Below, piece after piece: positions 1-11,189 of a stretch of DNA of 64,000 nt (position 1 is its first letter; each line of letters opens with the position of its first letter). The notes beneath the pieces are model-generated. The model was not told the origin of the DNA, did no database searches, and saw nothing but the letters and a program-made list of their open reading frames with translations. The position numbers and the translations under genes were made by a program. Origin of the DNA: Lytechinus pictus (taxonomy: Eukaryota); the NCBI RefSeq assembly GCF_037042905.1, contig NC_087250.1:8248001-8312000 (forward strand). The letters are read 5' to 3'.

Positions 1-478
1 AATCAGAGTGCAGTATTCTTGTTTTCAAGCTGCTTTATGTACTTGGCAAATGAAAAGTGTGATCTTGACCCGATTAAACCAATTCTTATTTTGAAACCTA
101 TATCATTTCAAAGCATACATATTCAGCTTTATCATGATATAAAAATCATTTGGGCTCAAACAAAAATAAAGTGTGAAAATAGCAGCTTTTGTCAGGTGAA
201 AATATTTATTTTGTAGCATATTTTAGATCAAAATGTTCACCTATATTACAAAATCTTTGAATAAATCCAAACACATGACCTGAAAGAATGATTCTTCTTC
301 TTTACAATGGTACCAAATTCATGAAATTCGATGCACAATTAGAGCAGCAATGACCGAATGAAAAGAGGTGTTTTGGTCCGCATCAAGCTAATTAAATATG
401 CAAAACATCTCAAGTCATGAATATCACTTGGATGAAAGAAGCCACTTTCTTGGGACCTGCAGTCTGACTGATGTCCAA

Positions 479-670
479 GCCTTACCACATTGATCACATA
501 CATAGGGCTTTTCACCTGTATGGATTTGTTGATGTGTTATGAGAGTAGATACATGACTAAATGTCTTGCCACATTGATCACAAACACAGGTTTTCTCACA
601 CACAAAGCCTGTATGGAATTGTTTGTGTCTTCTCAATGCACTTTTATCACTTAATGCCCTACCACATTGA
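479..670 (-). pseudogene. Out-of-frame remnant fingers after the gene A stop (~2.3 fingers), cut mid-finger by unrelated sequence at ~478
   Basis: ORF 424..774 reads [66 protein letters not shown], then non-finger sequence. It matches fingers 19-21 of gene B, including the HTGFVCEKT linker. Confidence 0.8.
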
Positions 671-2766
671 TCACACACAGGGCTTCTCACCTGTATGGAT
701 TCGTTTATGTGCTTTGAGACTAGATTCATGTCGAAATGCCTTACCACACTGATCACAAACATAGGGCTTCTCACCTGTATGGATCTGTTTGTGTCTTCTC
801 AACGCACTTCTATCACTTAATGCCTTACCACACAGATCACACACAAAGGGCTTCTCACCTGTATGAGTTCGTTGATGGCTTTTGAGGCCGTTTTCTTGCC
901 TAAATGCCTTACCACATAGATCACATACATAAGGTTTCTCACCTGTATGAATTCGTTTATGAATTCTGAGATGAATTCCTTGGCTAAATGCCTTACCACA
1001 TTGATCACATACATAGGGCTTTTCACCTGTATGGACTTGTTGATGTGTTATGAGAGTAGATACACGACTAAATGTCTTGCCACATTGATCACACACATAG
1101 GGCTTCTCACCTGTATGGGTTCGTATATGGCTTGTGAGACGAGTTTTACTGATAAATGCCTTTCCACATTGATCACATACATAGGGCTTCTCACCTGTAT
1201 GGATTTCTTTATGTGCTTTGAGACTAGATTCATGTCGAAATGCCTTACCACACTGATCACAAACATAGGGCTTCTCACCTGTATGGATCTGTTTGTGTCT
1301 TCTCAACGCACTTCTATCACTTAATGCCTTACCACATAGATCACACACAAAGGGCTTCTCACCTGTATGAGTTCGTTGATGGCTTTTGAGGCCGTTTTCT
1401 TGCCTAAATGCCTTACCACATTGATCACATACATAGGGTTTCTCACCTGTGTGAATTCGTTTATGGATCCTGAGATTGGATTTTTCAAAAAACGCCTTAC
1501 CACATTGATCACATACATAGGGCTTTTCACCTGTATGGATTTGTTTATGTGTTTTGAGAGTAGATACACGACTAAATGTCTTGCCACATTGATCACAAAC
1601 ACAGGGTTTCTCACCTGTATGGATATTTTTGTGTCTTCTCAATGCATTTCTATCTCTTAAGACTTTACCACACAGATTACACACAAAGCCTGTATGGAAT
1701 TGTTTATGTGTTTCAAGATTAGATTCATGTTTAAATCGCTTACCACATTGATCACAAACATAGGGCTTTTCACCTGTATGGATCTGTTTGTGTCTTCTCA
1801 ACGCACTTCTATCGCTTAATGCCTTACCACACTGATCACACACAAAGGGCTTCTCACCTGTGTGAGTTCGATTATGGCTTTTGAGGCCATTTCTTTGCCT
1901 AAATGCCTTACCACATAAATTACATACATAGGGCTTCTCACCTGTATGGATTCGTTTATGTTCTGTGACATGGGATTTTACATTAAATGCCTTACCACAT
2001 ACATCACATACATATGGCTTCTCAGCTGTATGAATTCGTTTATGATTTCTGAGACGAATTTCGTGACTAAATGCTTTACCACATTGATCACATACATAGG
2101 GCTTTTCACTTGTATGCATTTGTTTATGTGTTATGAGAGTAGATACATAGCGAAATGCCTCACCACATTGATCACAAACAAAGGGTTTCTCACCTGTATG
2201 GATCTGTTGGTGTCTTCTCAACGCACTTCTATCGCTTAATGCCTTACCACACTGATCACACTCATAGGGCTTCTCACCAGTATGGACTCGTTTATGGCTT
2301 TTGAGGCCATTTTCTTGTCGAAATGCCTTACCACATAGATCACATACATAGGGTTTCTCACCTGTATGGATTCGTTTGTGTTCTGTGACATGGGATTTTA
2401 CATTAAATGCCTTTCCACATACATCACATACATAGGGCTTCTCACCTGTATGAATTCGTATATGTGTTGTGAGACTATAAGATTGACGAAATGCCTTACC
2501 ACACTGATCACAAACATAACGTCTCATTTCAAGTATATTTTCCTTGTTTCGTATTTTAAAAATTCTCTTTTCACCATGTGTAAAATCATTAGTTTTGCAA
2601 ATGGATTTTTGTATTTCTCCTTCGACAAATTGTAGAATGCTTTCCTTTGACGCATACGACGGCAAGACAACACCATTGAGCCCATGTTTGTACTTGAGAT
2701 GCCTTGCTAAGATGAGAGGAATAGCATAGACTGATCCACAGTACTCACATCTGTACAGTCCAGAAT
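671..2766 (-). CDS. Gene A terminal exon: isolated C2H2 finger ([24 protein letters not shown]), 55-aa spacer, then 22 tandem C2H2 fingers with HTGEKP linkers
   Basis: ORF 671..2788. Acceptor TCTTTTCTTGATAG|AT ends at 2767 and accepts the phase-1 G of the upstream exon (G+AT=Asp). Ends at TGA created by an apparent 2-nt deletion (CCC TGT GTG TGA). Confidence 0.92.
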
Positions 2767-2796
2767 CTATCAAGAAAAGACGATACATATTCTTAA

Positions 2797-3388
2797 AGGG
2801 GAATGAAAACTTTGGAATAGTAGGCTTTTGTCGAAACAGAAAAATTGAAGAAACAGATCAACAAAAGTTTAAGAAAAGTCGGACAAATAATGAGAAAGTT
2901 ATGAGCATTAGAATATTGCAATCACTAATGCTATGGAGATCCTCCCATTGGCAATGCGACATGGATATGTGATGTCACATGTGAACAACTTTCCCTTTGA
3001 TAAACTATAAAATACCACCAAAATGTCTTGTTTTGCTTTTTTTATGGTGATAAAACTCTTTATCCATGATGTATTCTTTAAAAATCTCTACTACATGCCC
3101 TCCGATAGAAAGAACTCATGATCTACTGATCTATGAGATAAAAGAGGCAATTTAAGTGAAATATATACTCGAGTAATGTGGAGAGTTGTTCACAAGTGAC
3201 ATCACACATCTTTGTCGCATTGCCAGTGTGAGGATCTCCATAGCATTAGTGATCGCAATATTTATTCAAATGCTCATAACCTTCTCATTATTTGTCTGAT
3301 TTTTCTCAAACTTTCATTAACTGTTTCTTTGATTTTTCTGTTTTCACACAAGCTATCTTGTTCTACATTGTAAAGGTGTCATTCTCCT
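2797..3388. mobile_element. Non-autonomous TTAA-targeting DNA element (Kolobok-like MITE) with long internal inverted repeats
   Basis: TTAA|AGGGGAATGA...TCATTCTCCT|TTAA. Removing it restores GATACATATTCTTAACTATTC, also seen at 3541. Other copies at 43916-44508 and 39109-39594. Confidence 0.75.
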
Positions 3389-4049
3389 TTAACTATTCGA
3401 ATAATTCTCTTAGGTTGACCTTTGCACGCATTGTGGTGCCCGCATTGATGCGTGCCAATGCGGGAAATGTTATGACATGACTTCCCTGTATTAGTGCACG
3501 CATTGTCCCGACACGTTCACGACATGTTTCCGCAAAAGACGATACATATTCTTAACTATTCAAATAATTCTCTTAGGTTGGCCTTTGCACGCATTGTGGT
3601 GCCCGCATTGATGCGTGCCAGTATGGGAAATGTTATGGCATGACTTCCCTTTATTAGTGCACGCATTGTCCCGACACATTCACGACATGTTTCCGCGTTG
3701 CTTGCGCGTTATTCATGCAATGTTCATGCACTGTCCCCACGTGCTTTCAGCAAATTTCCCCAACACCCTTATTCTGTGATGTAGTTTGCCAAAATTTCAA
3801 TATTCCTACATTCTGGTGTTGACGCCCTCTACGTTCATTGATAAGGACTTCTTACACTGATCTTGTGGTCTGCACAAACAATTTTTCGCATATCATTTGT
3901 GAACTATTCTTAACCTATGCGCAAAGTATGAGTAACCGTCGTGAGCTTGTCATGAAATGCATGCCATTACAATGGGGTGTGCCTACAATCTTTTGCACCA
4001 CAAATTTCTATTTCATGAACTATGAACTGGTCTATTTGTCACAAGATGG

Positions 4050-4260
4050 AGACTTGTTTCCAATTAACTATGCATATCGTAAGCTGCTAGATCGCAAGCA
4101 AAGGTACTCCATGGTTGAGCGCGAATGCTTAGCTTCGGCATGGGTAGTTAAGGAGCGCAAGCAAAGGTACTCCATGGTTGAGCGCGAATGCTTAGCTTCG
4201 GCATGGGCAGTTAAGAAGTTTTCCTACTACTTGTGCAGAAAGAAATTCAGATACCAAACT
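4050..4260 (+). pseudogene. Gypsy RT/RNase H relic with an internal 60-bp tandem duplication (copy at ~45170-45380)
   Basis: PINYAYRKLLDRKQRYSMVERECLASAWxVK resembles the retroelement RNase H motif P..YASRKL...E..YS..ERECLA..WAV. The motif is repeated twice. Confidence 0.65.
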
Positions 4261-5921
4261 GTGTCCTGTTTCATCAGGCTCATTATAATAAAAAAATTGT
4301 GATAACAATTTAAAGTTGAATTAAGAAGACGATTCCAAATATTGAGATATTTACATTAATAGCAACCTTACAACCCCCAAAACACTTAGAGGTGATTCGA
4401 CCCCCCATTTTCTTTTGTCAAAATAGTGAATTGAACGATTTATCCCTACCCATTTTCCCTGAGTTCGCTCCTGCAATGCCTACCGAGACGGGTGTTCTTT
4501 GACTGTGACGTCACCGGGGGGTATTCGGTCCAGGTGTAGTAAACAAGGCAGTGCCGTTTTGTGTACTATGTACGTACGCCTTCATATTTACTTTTGTGTC
4601 AAAACTTCATTTTATCGCTATTGATTTTATGTAAACGATACTGAAAGGAAGTAATAATTATTTAAAGACATATAGTCAATAATATATCCCTACATTGTTA
4701 AAAACAACTGTTCTTCTTTGTAGCGATTTTAGACGATTTTAATGCCTTGTTTTCGTTCGGGACTGGGTCCGTGGCGAAACAAGTCATAATGGAATAAACT
4801 GCAGTTGAAGTTGTATCTGCGAGCCGGAGAACTTGCAAAGAGGAAATGATTAAAAGTATGTTTATGGCCGTACTATTATTCCTAATATGTAAATTCCCTC
4901 AGAATGATACCATAGACCCTAAAGGAATAATTTCAAGGATTTTCAAGAATAATATGAAATTTGATCGAGATCTTCTCACCAGTCGATAACGTAGCAGACG
5001 TGTTATTATGACATATTTATCCGCGTGTGACGCGGCTCTTGCAAAAAACACAGTTGGTTGCGGAATTGCTTTGTGCCGACCGGCCGCCCGCTCCGGCTCA
5101 GCTAGCTGTCGAGCTACCGTACTATACCGCATACCTTTCTTGCTGTCTTCAACTCACTTGCGAATTGCGTTTGTATGTGTGACGATGACCTCTAGCGTAA
5201 TTAAATATAGAAAACAACTCAGAAGGCCGAGAAGAATAGTGCGTTTGATTCAAGATCGTTCTGTGGAATGAGCTATGAGTGGAAATGATCCAGAGGATAT
5301 AAAAATGGAGTCAAAGACAAAAGGAATGAAGAAAAATACGCCAGGGTATCGCCATAATCGCTGCATGGTCATGAACTGCGGGTCGACATACCGTACCGGT
5401 ACCAGACCACTACAGTACACTCAATGCCTGGGTGATGTGCGGTGTTGTGTGTATTGTATAGGCGTGCAGCGCGCGCAGAGCTGAGCTAGCCGCCGGAATT
5501 ACTTTCCAGCTACTCACTTGATGGAACATCGTGATAAAATAAATGAGAAATAGTGAAAATATCATTCAATAACTCACTGTTTGCAATCTTACATCATGAT
5601 TTAAGAGTTCATGATAGTTATTTATACTGTTTTTTATACAGGGAAAGTAAAGATTTGTACATACGATTCCTATTTTTTTAATTTGAGTTGCTTTGAAAAA
5701 AAAAGTTAAATCATCTTTCTCTCTCTGCATGGCATTTCTGTATTATATCCGGACACCTCTTATACTAAATTCCCCCCGGTGACGTCACACTCAGAGAGAT
5801 TTTTCTGTACACTCGTCTCTCGGGCTCTGACAGGTGGCTAATTTCATAGACTTTCAAAGCAAAATATCGAGAAGGCAGAGGATTTTTGTGACATGCTATC
5901 TGTTTGAACAACTGATATATA

Positions 5922-7651
5922 CACTACTCAAAAAAAGTTAAGGACCACTTTTTAATGTGTGTATACAATTTTCAAACCGGGTGTTGTATTTCTAGAAATA
6001 CCCGAATATGGCTGTCTTGAATCTCCTCAAACACCCTGTAACAATTTCACACATGGGTGGTTTCAGTTGTTGCATGATGTCTCTCGCATTATTGCATATC
6101 CTGAAAAGTGGGCCCATTGTGAAGTGGTACAAATGTGGATTCAAATGCATTTTCTGTCTTTAGTCTCTACAATCAACAACTTGCTGACAATAGCAATGCC
6201 AAGATACAGCTGTCCAGAATGCCATCAAACACAATGACATCAATTTCACACATGCAGTTCTTTCATGATGTCTCTGGCATCATTGCAGTGGGCCATAAGA
6301 CAAGTGTCTTCCAAAGCATTTTCCGTCTTTAGTCTGTACAATCAACAACTTGCCTACAACAGCAATGCCAAGACACCACCTAAGTGAAACAGATGTAGCC
6401 AGAGCCCTAGGGATGCTGGAAGCTGGCCTCAGTCAGCGAAGAGTAGCCAGAATGATGGGCGTGTCACACAGTGTCATTAGCAGAGCAAATCAAAGACACC
6501 GAGAGACAGGGCTATACTCCGAGAGACCCCGCAGTGGCCGACCAGTTTCGACAACCCCTAGAGATGATCGCTACTTGACGAATCTCAGCCTCCGCAACCG
6601 CTTTCACAGTGCACGCCGCCTCAACAATGACTTCGCTGCAGCAACTGGAGTGATTGTTTCCACTCAAACAATCCGTAACCGACTTCACAGAGCCAATATG
6701 TATGCCAGACGGCCAGCTCAGTGTGTCCCACTCACCCCTGCTCACAGAAGAATTCGTCTCAACTGGGCCCGGGAGCATGTCAGATGGACCAGACAGCAAT
6801 GGCGTAGAGTTCTGTTCACAGATGAGAGCAGATTTTCCCTTGACCACAATGATGGACGTTCGAGAGTCTGGAGGCGACCAGGAGAGAGATTTGCAGACCC
6901 CTGTATTGCAGAACATGACCGTTATGGGGGAGGCAGCGTCATGGTGTGGGGAGGCATCACCTACGCCAACCGTACTCGTCTCTACGTGGTCCCAGGGGGA
7001 GCAATGACAGGAGTGAGGTACAGGGATGAGGTCCTTGAACCTATAGTGGTGCCATTTGCAGAAAATGTGGGACAAAACATCATTTTCATGGATGACAATG
7101 CCCGTGCCCACCGAGCTAGGGTGGTGACCGAGTTCCTTGAGGGCCAGGGGATTGAGCGTATGGAGTGGCCAGCGAGGTCCCCGGACTTAAACCCGATAGA
7201 GCACGTCTGGGACATGATGGGGAGGAGTCTCGAGCAGCTCGAAGCCCATCCACTTGGACTGCAGCAGCTGGGTGTGGCTCTGGAGGCTGCATGGGATGCA
7301 CTGGACGTCAGAGACATCAATCGCCTCATCAGCTCCATGAGACAGCGCTGTGAAGCCGTTATTGCTGCAGGAGGTGGTCACACTCGTTACTGAACTGCCT
7401 GAAAGACACTCAGACATTCGTTTTTACCACTTCATGTCGGTAGCTGATACCCCTCGGGGCCCACTTTTCAGGATGTGCAGTGATGCGAGAGACATTGTGC
7501 AACAACTGAAACCACCCATGCGTGAAATTGATTACAGCGTGTTTAAGGACATTTAGGACAGTTGTACTGAGGTATTTCCAGAAATAAAACACCTTGTATA
7601 AAATCTTTATGTACGTTTTAAAAAGTGGTCCTTAACTTTTTTTGAGTAGTG
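5922..7651 (+). mobile_element. Full-length Tc1-family DNA transposon
   Basis: TA TSD. Perfect ~33-bp TIR CACTACTCAAAAAAAGTTAAGGACCACTTTTTA, extending as an imperfect ~195-bp inverted repeat. Empty site in the related element at ~43850. Confidence 0.95.
6365..7393 (+). CDS. Intact Tc1 transposase (342 aa from ATG 6365), DD34E
   Basis: N-terminal HTH and SGRP motif. Catalytic FTDES, MDDNA and SPDLNPIE with 34 residues between the second D and E. C-terminal GGHTRY. Confidence 0.96.
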   Translation: MPRHHLSETDVARALGMLEAGLSQRRVARMMGVSHSVISRANQRHRETGLYSERPRSGRPVSTTPRDDRYLTNLSLRNRFHSARRLNNDFAAATGVIVSTQTIRNRLHRANMYARRPAQCVPLTPAHRRIRLNWAREHVRWTRQQWRRVLFTDESRFSLDHNDGRSRVWRRPGERFADPCIAEHDRYGGGSVMVWGGITYANRTRLYVVPGGAMTGVRYRDEVLEPIVVPFAENVGQNIIFMDDNARAHRARVVTEFLEGQGIERMEWPARSPDLNPIEHVWDMMGRSLEQLEAHPLGLQQLGVALEAAWDALDVRDINRLISSMRQRCEAVIAAGGGHTRY

Positions 7652-9389
7652 TACTATATATTGTGTGTGGAACCCATATTTATGGAAACTCACCCCCTTC
7701 TTAATTCAACTTTAAAGCTACTGAAATCCTGCAATTTGATTGGTTGATTCAAAATTTGTCATAGAAACAAGTCTTAATGAAATGGGACCCAGATCATCAT
7801 CCTCTGTCTTATCTACCAAAACCACAACTAAAGAATCCAAGAGTTCTGTGTTTGGTGCTCAGATTTGAAGCATATGCACAGCATTCAGGTAATAAAGCCC
7901 AGCCATGGTGCAATTTCCTTCAGCAAGAAATTCATCCACATTGTGCTGCACTCAACCCAGGTGAGGTGAACGGGAACCCGGCGGGATTAATTCCTTAGTA
8001 ATTCCTTAGAATGCAAGAGCGCTGCAAGGCAGCTCGAGTTAAAGCCGAGGTAATAATAATAACAACGCGCCTTGGAATAGAATATTTCTAGATAGATGGC
8101 GCTATATAAATGCCTATTATTATCATCAATATAAAGGGAACAGAGAATGTACATGTAGGTGCAGATAATTTAAGTAGATGTCCTTAATTCTTTTTATTTA
8201 TGGCGTTTGTCTAAAGGAAGGGGAAGTTTGTAACAAGCAATTTTTTATTTTGACACTCAGGAAAAATCCTAAATTTTTATTTTTATAAAAGTGTTTAATG
8301 AGAAAACATGATGGTTTAATTTTGGGTGCTTAGTATAATCATGGACCTACTCCAACTGGACATTCAACGAATCCCCTCCTTTGGGCCTAAGACCGTTGCC
8401 GCTAATCCATTTATAAACAGAGCGCTGGCAGCTGACGCCCATCAAGCCGATCGTAAACAAGCCGTCACTGAAGGACAGCAGCAATCACTTGTGCCTCATA
8501 TAAATAGACCTTTTGCCCTCTACATGTAGATTACCTTTGACCCCATCACTCTCACAGGCTCACATGTGGTACATGTATTACCCAAAGATCAAAGGGTAAA
8601 CAGAATTGATGCAGAAATAAAGAAATTAAAGCAGTTTGAACAAAAACTTGACCTTTTGACCCTAGATGACCTTTGACACCATCATCCTCGGCAAAAAACT
8701 TGCGGTATTACCCAAGGATCATACGTAACAAGTGTGAACATAATTGATGCAGAAATATAGAAATGAGAGCAATACGAAAGTAAACTTGTAATTTTGACCC
8801 CTAGTTGACCCTTGACCCATCATACTCAACAACACACTCATGCGGTATTACCCAAGGATCCTTTGAACCAAATGTGATCAAAATTGATGCAGAAATAAAG
8901 AAACGTGTGAAACGTTGAACAAAAAACTTTAAATAAGAATGAACATGACCTCATATCATTTGACGTTTTGACCCCTAGATGACCTTGGACCCCATCATTC
9001 TCATGGGGTCAAATGTGTATTACCCAAGGATCATATGTCCAAGTATCAACATAACTGATTCACAAATAAATAAGAGCAAGTTGAACAAAAACTTCCACAG
9101 TTTGGAACAGACTAACAAACCTACAAACAGACCAATGGACTAACAGGAAAAACTTGTTCTCTGCCAAACTTCACACAACTTTTTATAACCAAGGTTGGAT
9201 TCTCCTTTAACCTTCCATGACCTGCCTGAGGTCTATTGGTTGTACAGTGCACTCAAATGGATGGATTCACAATACGGTGCGCCAGATCGGATGCAGCGGA
9301 CAGGCCAATTTCTAACTTATGTAATCCTGCGCAACGAGTATCATGAGTTCTTCTTGTTAGGGAGCAAAGTACCCTTTAGAACAGTTTAA

Positions 9390-9983
9390 AGGGGAATCAA
9401 ACCCAAACAAAAACTTATTTTTATAAGAAAAAGAAAAATCAGACAAGATGATAGGTGAAAGTTTGAACAATATTGGACAAACAACAAGAAAGTTATGAAT
9501 TTTTAAAAGTTGTAAATATTGGTAATCACTATACTCATGGAGACTTCAAATTGGCCGCATATGGGATGTCATAGTGATGTAAGGCAAGGACTACTCTTCC
9601 ATGTACTCCAATACATATTATGGCTAAAATGTCATTTTTCCCAAAAGTTTTATTTCAAATTATATTTTTCTTTCATGAGTACATTAAGCAATATACTACC
9701 TGGGTTATATTTAGATTACTGCCCCAGGGGAATGGGTACTTAGGAGAAAACCACAAATCCCTGATAATAAAGTACATGGCCTATGGGAAAGTTGTCCTTG
9801 CCCCTTGTCATAATTTACTTACCCAGTTGCCAATTTGAAATCTACATATAATAGTGATCTCAATTTTAAAGCAGCTATAACTTTCTTATTGCTTGTCCGA
9901 TTCCTTTCAAACTTTCGCCATTCTGTTTAATTTATTTTTCTCCTTCCCAACAAAACATTTTATGGCCAAGGCTGGATTCCCCT
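9390..9983. mobile_element. TTAA-flanked MITE (Kolobok-like); paralogous copy at 47114-47706
   Basis: TTAA|AGGGGAATC...GATTCCCCT|TTAA with inverted subterminal segments. Confidence 0.75.
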
Positions 9984-10583
9984 TTAAAGATGCCTGAGGT
10001 GTAGCCGAGGGCAATGAATTGATCTGTTCCACAGATAACAAGTGTGTGTGATCATTCCAGTCCTCTCTGATAATAATGAAACTAATGATAGCATCTAGTT
10101 GCCTATTCAATGGCGCACTTTATATTATCCTGGCTTTAGATTCAGTTGCTAAAGGCACTTCTTGCATTCAAGGAATTAATTTTTTTTTTTTTTTTTTTTT
10201 TTGTGTTTTGCATTCAAGGAATTAATCCTGTTGGACACCCATTTACCTCACCTGGATTGAGTGCAGCACAATGTGGGTATATTTATTGAAGGAAAACACA
10301 GCATGGCTAAAATTCGAACCCACATGCTTCTGATTGAAAGACGAGAGTAGTAACCACAAGACCATAATGACCCCATATTACCATTTATTTCATAACATAT
10401 TGAACTAAAGAGTTTCCAAAACTTTTGTCTATGTGACTCCTCCCACTTTAGTTTTCCAGACCCCAATATTCCTCTTGCATTCTAGTTTTTAAGAGCCAAA
10501 TTAGATGGACTAAATCATCAAGCCCCTTTAGTCATAAGCAAATTCATTTTTTCAGGGTATGGTTTAAGGCCACACACGCTTAC

Positions 10584-11118
10584 CCTTTTCATACATGGAT
10601 TGGAATTGGGTTGGAGTCTTGCTGCCTCCTGAAGCTTCTTCCGCCTTCTGATCACCTGATGATATTGAATCGGTTTGTGTCTGGGTAACTTCATCATAGT
10701 TCTTCCATCCCAGATCATTTATTTTCCCTTCCGCACTGTGATTAGCCTCACATATTTCTGTATTTTGTTCATATGACGGGGAGATGAGATCACCTGACTT
10801 GATCCTTTGATCACCTGCTGATATTGGATTGGTTTGTGCCTGAGTAACTTCATCATAGCTCTTCCATCCCAGATCATTGATTTTCCCTTCCGCATAGTGA
10901 TTAGCCTCGCATATTTCTGCCTTCTGATCACATGACAGAGAGATAGGATCACCTGACTTGGTACTTTGGTCACCTAATAATATTGGATTGGTTTGTGTCT
11001 GAGTAATTTCATCATAGTTCTTCCATTCCAGACCAGTAATTTTCCCTTCTGCATCATGATTAGCCTCACATAGCAGATTGCCATCATCATCATACTCGGC
11101 CTCTACTTTTATAGTGAA
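10584..11118 (-). CDS. Gene A internal exon (178 codons+1) starting FTIKVEAEYDDDGNLL, then ~2.7 copies of a 53-aa acidic/Ser-Thr repeat
   Basis: Acceptor TTTTTTCACATTTAG, donor AAGG|GTAAGC. Open in phase 0 to phase 1. Repeat period 159 nt (CEANHxAEGKINDLGWKxYDEVTQ...). The paralogue exon is open, with only in-frame indels. Confidence 0.8.
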
Positions 11119-11189
11119 CTAAATGTGAAAAAAGAAAATAAAACAGAACCAAGTTACTAAACATTCCAAACATGAAAATACTATGAAAA

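Larger units (their letters stand above)
4314..7711. mobile_element. Kolobok-like non-autonomous DNA transposon ('element Y', ~1.67 kb without the nested Tc1)
   Basis: TTAA TSDs (4310-4313, 7712-7715). TIR AGTTGAATTAAGAAG...CTTCTTAATTCAACT. Subterminal inverted GTGACGTCACCGGGGG motifs. Possible THAP-start relic CMVMNCGSTYRTG at ~5360-5400. Confidence 0.75.

Noticed and set aside
561..2729. Many short antisense and alternate-frame ORFs over the finger arrays (also 40164-42436)
   Set aside because: Shadows of the 84-nt finger repeat.
2767..2788. ATG of the 705/768-aa ORFs (MYRLFLI) as the true start
   Set aside because: It lies in a polypyrimidine tract ending in AG whose phase matches the upstream exon, so it is better read as intron.
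9990..10066. Possible extra exon after a TTATTATCAG acceptor
   Set aside because: Copy B has a 4-nt indel here and there is no good donor.
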